64,000 bases of DNA, from NCBI RefSeq assembly GCF_009914755.1, contig NC_060947.1; one strand, 5' to 3'. The notes below the pieces were generated by a model. That model was not told the DNA's origin, made no database searches, and saw only the letters and a program-made list of their open reading frames with translations. Of this stretch, positions 59,524 through 64,000 are shown piece after piece. Every line of letters begins with the position of its first letter. Positions within the stretch are counted from its first letter, which is position 1. Both the position numbers and the translations under genes were made by a program. Source of the stretch: the human T2T-CHM13v2.0 reference genome, Homo sapiens.

Positions 59524-60224
59524 TGTATTATTCAAGGTTCTCTAGAGGGACAGAACTAATAATATATATATATCCCATATGGGATTATATATATCCTATT
59601 AGTTCTGATATATGTATATCCCTATATGGGATATATACACATAGGATATATATATCATATATGATATATATATCAGATATATAGCATATATCCCATATAG
59701 GGATATATATATCAGAACTAATATATATATACTAATATCAGAACTAATATATAATAAACTCCCATATATATCAGATATCTCTGAGATACATCTCAGATAT
59801 ATATATCTGAGATGTATATGATATGTATACATACGGGAGTTTATTAAGTAGTATTAACTCACATGATCACAAGGTCCCACAGTAGGCTGTCTGCAAGCTG
59901 AGAAGCAACGAAGCCAGTCTAAGTCCCAAGGCTGAAGAACTTGGAGTCCAATGTTTGAGAGCAGGAAACATCCAGCACGGGAGAAAGATGCAGGTTGGGA
60001 GGCTAAGCCAGTCTAGCCTTTTCATGTTTTTCTGCCTGCTTTATATTCTGACCGAGCTGGCAGCTGATTAGATGGTACCCACCCAGAGTAAGGGTGGATC
60101 TGCCTTTCCCAGCCCACTGGCTCAAATGTTAAACTCCTTTGGCAGCACCCTCACAGACACACCCAGGATCGATACTTTGCATCTTTCAATCCAATCAAGT
60201 TGACACTCAGTATTAACCATCACA
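59524..60224 (-). mobile_element. MLT2A (A1-like) HERV-L solo LTR with internal TA-rich expansion
   Basis: TGTATTA...TATTAACCATCACA; perfect 5-bp TSD GTCTT at 59519-59523 and 60225-60229. Confidence 0.92.
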
Positions 60225-61261
60225 GTCTTGGTAGAGATGAGAATGAAATTATGCTTTTACTGTGGAGAGATGAGCCCACATCTAACCTCCTAGCAAAGAG
60301 GACAGACAGCACTTGAAATCCAAGAGGCATGAGAAGGGGTGGTTGTCTCATGGAGGATCAGCACCACAGATGCTGGACAGAGCCCAGGATTTGCTTAGAT
60401 CCTGAAATAATGATGGCATCTAAGATGTCAACAAGAGAGACTCAGACATACAGGAAACACAGGCACAACATAACCCAACAGGTATGCTATGTAAATAGAA
60501 ATCACCCACTTATAATTTGGAGGCATGGTCCTAACCTCGATACACAAGTAAATTACAGGAATAATTCTACACCGTGTGTGTGGGCTTAAAATCATTTTCA
60601 CCCTCAATGATTGTAGATTACTGAAATATTTTTGTGTGTGATGTCTCAGTTTGGTGCTAAAAATTTCAAAGTGTTGTCTATTCAAGAATGAACAATTGGA
60701 TGTGACCAGTGTCTCATAAATAATATTGAAGTTTCATGCATTTTAAGAGAGATAACATGAATTTTAAATACAATCTTTGAAGGATACTTTATAACCTGAA
60801 TATTTAGTAACATATACCACAGATTATGTAATGCCACCACCTTTTATGGACTCAAAATTAAACCGAGGATAAATTGCGTAGATGTTGGCTCTCTTCTTGG
60901 TTCTTGAATGTGCTTCTGGCCTTATAATTCTCCTGGGTAGCTCTGACATAAGCAACATGTGTTTTATACTATTTTCCCCACTTTATTTCTCCATATATTT
61001 GATTCAATATTTTTCTTACCTTTCGTTAATCTTTCAAAATGTCTAATCTCTTGATACCTCTCTGTTTTTTTCAAAGCTGATAGTGCTTTTTCTTAAAAAA
61101 AAAATAACTGCTCAACTTTTTTGTTGTTTTATTTTGGCAGAGTGGGTTGATGAGTGTGTTTAGCCTATCAACATTATCCAAGCTCAGAAGAGACCACTGT
61201 AGCTCTTCTTATTCTTTATTCCTGTGCTGTAATATCTCATTTACTTGCCTGTATTACTCAT

Positions 61262-61866
61262 AGTATTAGTTATCAATGACTGCATAAAAAATCACCCCAC
61301 AACTTAGTGACTTAAAACAACACCTAATTTTTATCTCACATTTTCTGCAGGTCAGGATTCTGGGTGTGGTGTAATTGGGTCCTTTGTTTCAAGGTCTCCC
61401 ACAGGTAGCCATCAAGGTGTTTGCCAGAGCTACAGTCATGTCAAGGCGTGACTGGGGAGGATCTGTGTCCAGGCACATATGGTTGTTGGTAGGATTCAAT
61501 TTCTACCAGGGTGTTGGGATATCAGCTTCACTTCCATGCTAATGTTGGCTGAAGGTTGCCATCAGTGCCTTGCCACGTGAGGCCCTCCAGCATGGCAGCC
61601 CCCTCTATCACTGCCTGCAGTCATGTGGGGCCCTCCAGAATGGCAGTCCAGTTTATCACCGGCTGAAGCCCTAGAATGTAATAGAGAGCATCTGCTGGCA
61701 AGGTGGAAGTGACAATGTCTCACAGCCTGACCACAGAAATCATATCCGATCACCATTGCCACATCTTATTCATTCGAATCAAGTCACCAGGCCAAACCCA
61801 CACTCAAGGGCATGAATATCAGAAGATGAGAATATTCAGAGGTCATCTACCTGTTGGCCAGCCACA
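61262..61866 (-). mobile_element. MLT1F-like MaLR LTR
   Basis: GTATTAGTTATC..CTTAGTGACTTAAAACAAC..GACTGGGGAGGATCTG..GGAAGTGACA..AAGTCACCAGGCCAAACCCACACTCAAGGG. Confidence 0.8.
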
Positions 61867-62059
61867 TTTCTATTATGCCCCCTTGCATTTCATGTTATGG
61901 TTTTACAGTAGACATTTTTTGTCATGTAAGCAAGTGGAATACTTTCTTAAATTAGGTTGGGCATAGATAATAAATGCCCAAAACAAATGAGAGCACTCAA
62001 TTCTAAATACCCTTACATGTCCCTGAATCAGGACTTCTCTCCCCCTTTAAGGTCATTTG

Positions 62060-62390
62060 ACTCTGCACAACTCAGCACGTGCTCCGTGGTTTACCAAGGA
62101 GCCTGTGAAGATACAGAATTGCAGGTTCTACTCCAGAATAACAATCCACAGTTTAACAAGTTGCCCAGATTACTTGTGTGCACCTTAAAGTTTGAGAGAC
62201 AGTGATCTTTCAAGAAGAACCCAAGGTTCTCAGCCTTGGCTGCACATTGGACTTATCTGAGAAGCTTTAAAAGTAGAGATGCCCGGGTTATATCCCCTGA
62301 GGGTTTTTGTTATTTTCGTCGAGGGTGTGTCTTGGGCAAGTTCCCCTGCGATTCTAACATGTAGCCGTTATTGAAAAGTGCCAGTTTATC
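62060..62390. mobile_element. Two adjacent MER5A/B-like fragments
   Basis: TTTAACAAG..CCCAG..TAAAGTTTGAGA and GGTTCTCAGCCTTGGCTGCACATTGG..GATTCTAACATGTAGCC. Confidence 0.65.
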
Positions 62391-64000
62391 CCAGTGTGTT
62401 TAGGAACAACCTGTGATGGAAAGGACAATGTCAAAACAGTTTTGTTTATATGACTTTTCATTTTTATTTATACAAATAAGATTATTTTTAAAACTATGGT
62501 CTGCTTTGCCACATAAAACAGTGGAGAGTGCCTTATCACAGTCTGATATAATTATAATTATTAATCTCAATAAAACATGAATGCAACAAGGATCTCCTGA
62601 AATCTTTGATAATTTAGCAATTTATTAAAGATTGTAAAATTCTAAGAGATGCTGCCAGTCACTTTGAGGAGGCATGTTTTCACTTCTTATTGTTGATATT
62701 ACCTAGGGAGTGCAGAAAACCAACAAATTGAATGTATTTTTACTGGTCCCATTCCATAAGAATTGTAAGTTCAATTTTAACTTGTTCCAAGGGACATGTA
62801 AATTCAAGACTGAATTTCACTCAGTGTGAAGGAGTGGAGTTGCCGTAAATTTATTTTATACAATTAATTATATAAATTGATATTATACACATCAATATCC
62901 AATTAGATAAAAATGAACACCTACTACACATCAGTGACTGAGGACTCAAAATAAAAACATGGAGAAGAACTGTATCTACTTATGTAGAGCTAACAGTCAG
63001 TTTGGGGAGAGAGACATGAATTGTTATTCAATTCTGTGTATAGTGGCACATGGTGATAAACGCTGAAAGGGAGAGGTACACAAGTACACAGATCAGGTGA
63101 ACACAAAGGGGGACACAGCCCACTGGTGATGGGAAAGACTGACATGAGGCACGAAGGATCAGTAGATGCCTTCCTGGTGACACGCGTGCAGAGAGGTGGG
63201 TCCAGCAAGAAAGAAGAGTGATTGCCTTCCCTGGCTTTTTGGAATGGAAAGTGGCTAGTGTGAAAGGGATCCATAACAGATGAGAATGGAGAGAGAAGAG
63301 GCAGCCAGGCCACAAAGAGTCCTTTTGGCCACTGGTGGAAATTTGGACTTTTTGTACATGGGATTAGAAACTAAGATCCCATGAAGCAAACAACCAAGGA
63401 AAGAAGGTATGATTCCCGTTTTGGATAACCTCAGATTTAGGAGCAGGCAAGTCATATAAATATGTAACTCTAAAGTGAGGGGAATCATAGTCCAATAAAT
63501 GCATATGTAAAAGGAGTTGGGGACAAAGAGAAAGTTGTGATAAGACGCCTCAATGGCATTTGTCCTGCAAGCATCCACTGCAAATGCACCGCCTTTTTCA
63601 GTAATGAAAAGAAAAGTCAGGCCTGATGACATCTCAAGAAACGTTGAAAGCAACCAGAATCTCACGTTTTTTGGAGAGAACTCTTGTCTTTTGGGGGATT
63701 TATATCAACTTTCAGCTTATTTTTATAACTCTCAACTTGATTTTTATTATTCTAATTTTAAAATTAGTGTTTTACCTGCCTTGCCTTTGAATTATTATTA
63801 TTATTTTTGTTCCTAACATTTTAATTTTGGAAATAAAAGAAGTGGTGAGGTCCAGGAGAAAACCATTTCTTAGAGGTAAGGTTCTTCATGAAGCAATGTC
63901 ATCAGACAGAGACCGGGGAGGACTCCGAGCCACATCTGCAAGGAGGCATTACTTTGGGCCTTGTCCTCATCATTTTCATGTGCCTTGGACTCAGTAATTC

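Noticed and set aside
56551-60224. Two MLT2A LTRs as ends of a deleted HERV-L provirus
   Set aside because: The right LTR has its own perfect TSD, the left is nested in an MLT1 that resumes after it, and the intervening DNA does not resemble HERVL-int

Overview
Primate genomic DNA, almost certainly human (it contains an AluYa5 with no mismatches against the consensus as I recall it, plus a HERV-E-type LTR). It is AT-rich, repeat-dense and looks intergenic or deep-intronic. I can support no intact protein-coding gene, tRNA/rRNA or CRISPR array; the supplied ORFs derive from Alu, L1, Tigger, ERV or microsatellite sequence, or are chance. Content: 14 Alus, several L1/L2/MIR fragments, a near-full-length dead Tigger1, hAT/Tigger MITEs, about a dozen LTRs (MaLR, MLT2A, MER74-like, LTR2B, MER50-like) and simple repeats. 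I found no convincing new biological system. Best second-look items: a heavily deleted ERV-L-like pol remnant (11.6-13.0 kb), a young 5'-truncated AluYa5, an exact 80-bp local duplication, fold-back and templated-insertion structures in AT-rich tracts, and two motif-dense candidate enhancers. Repeat subfamily names come from by-eye comparison with remembered consensus sequences and need RepeatMasker/Dfam confirmation; boundaries of old repeats are approximate.
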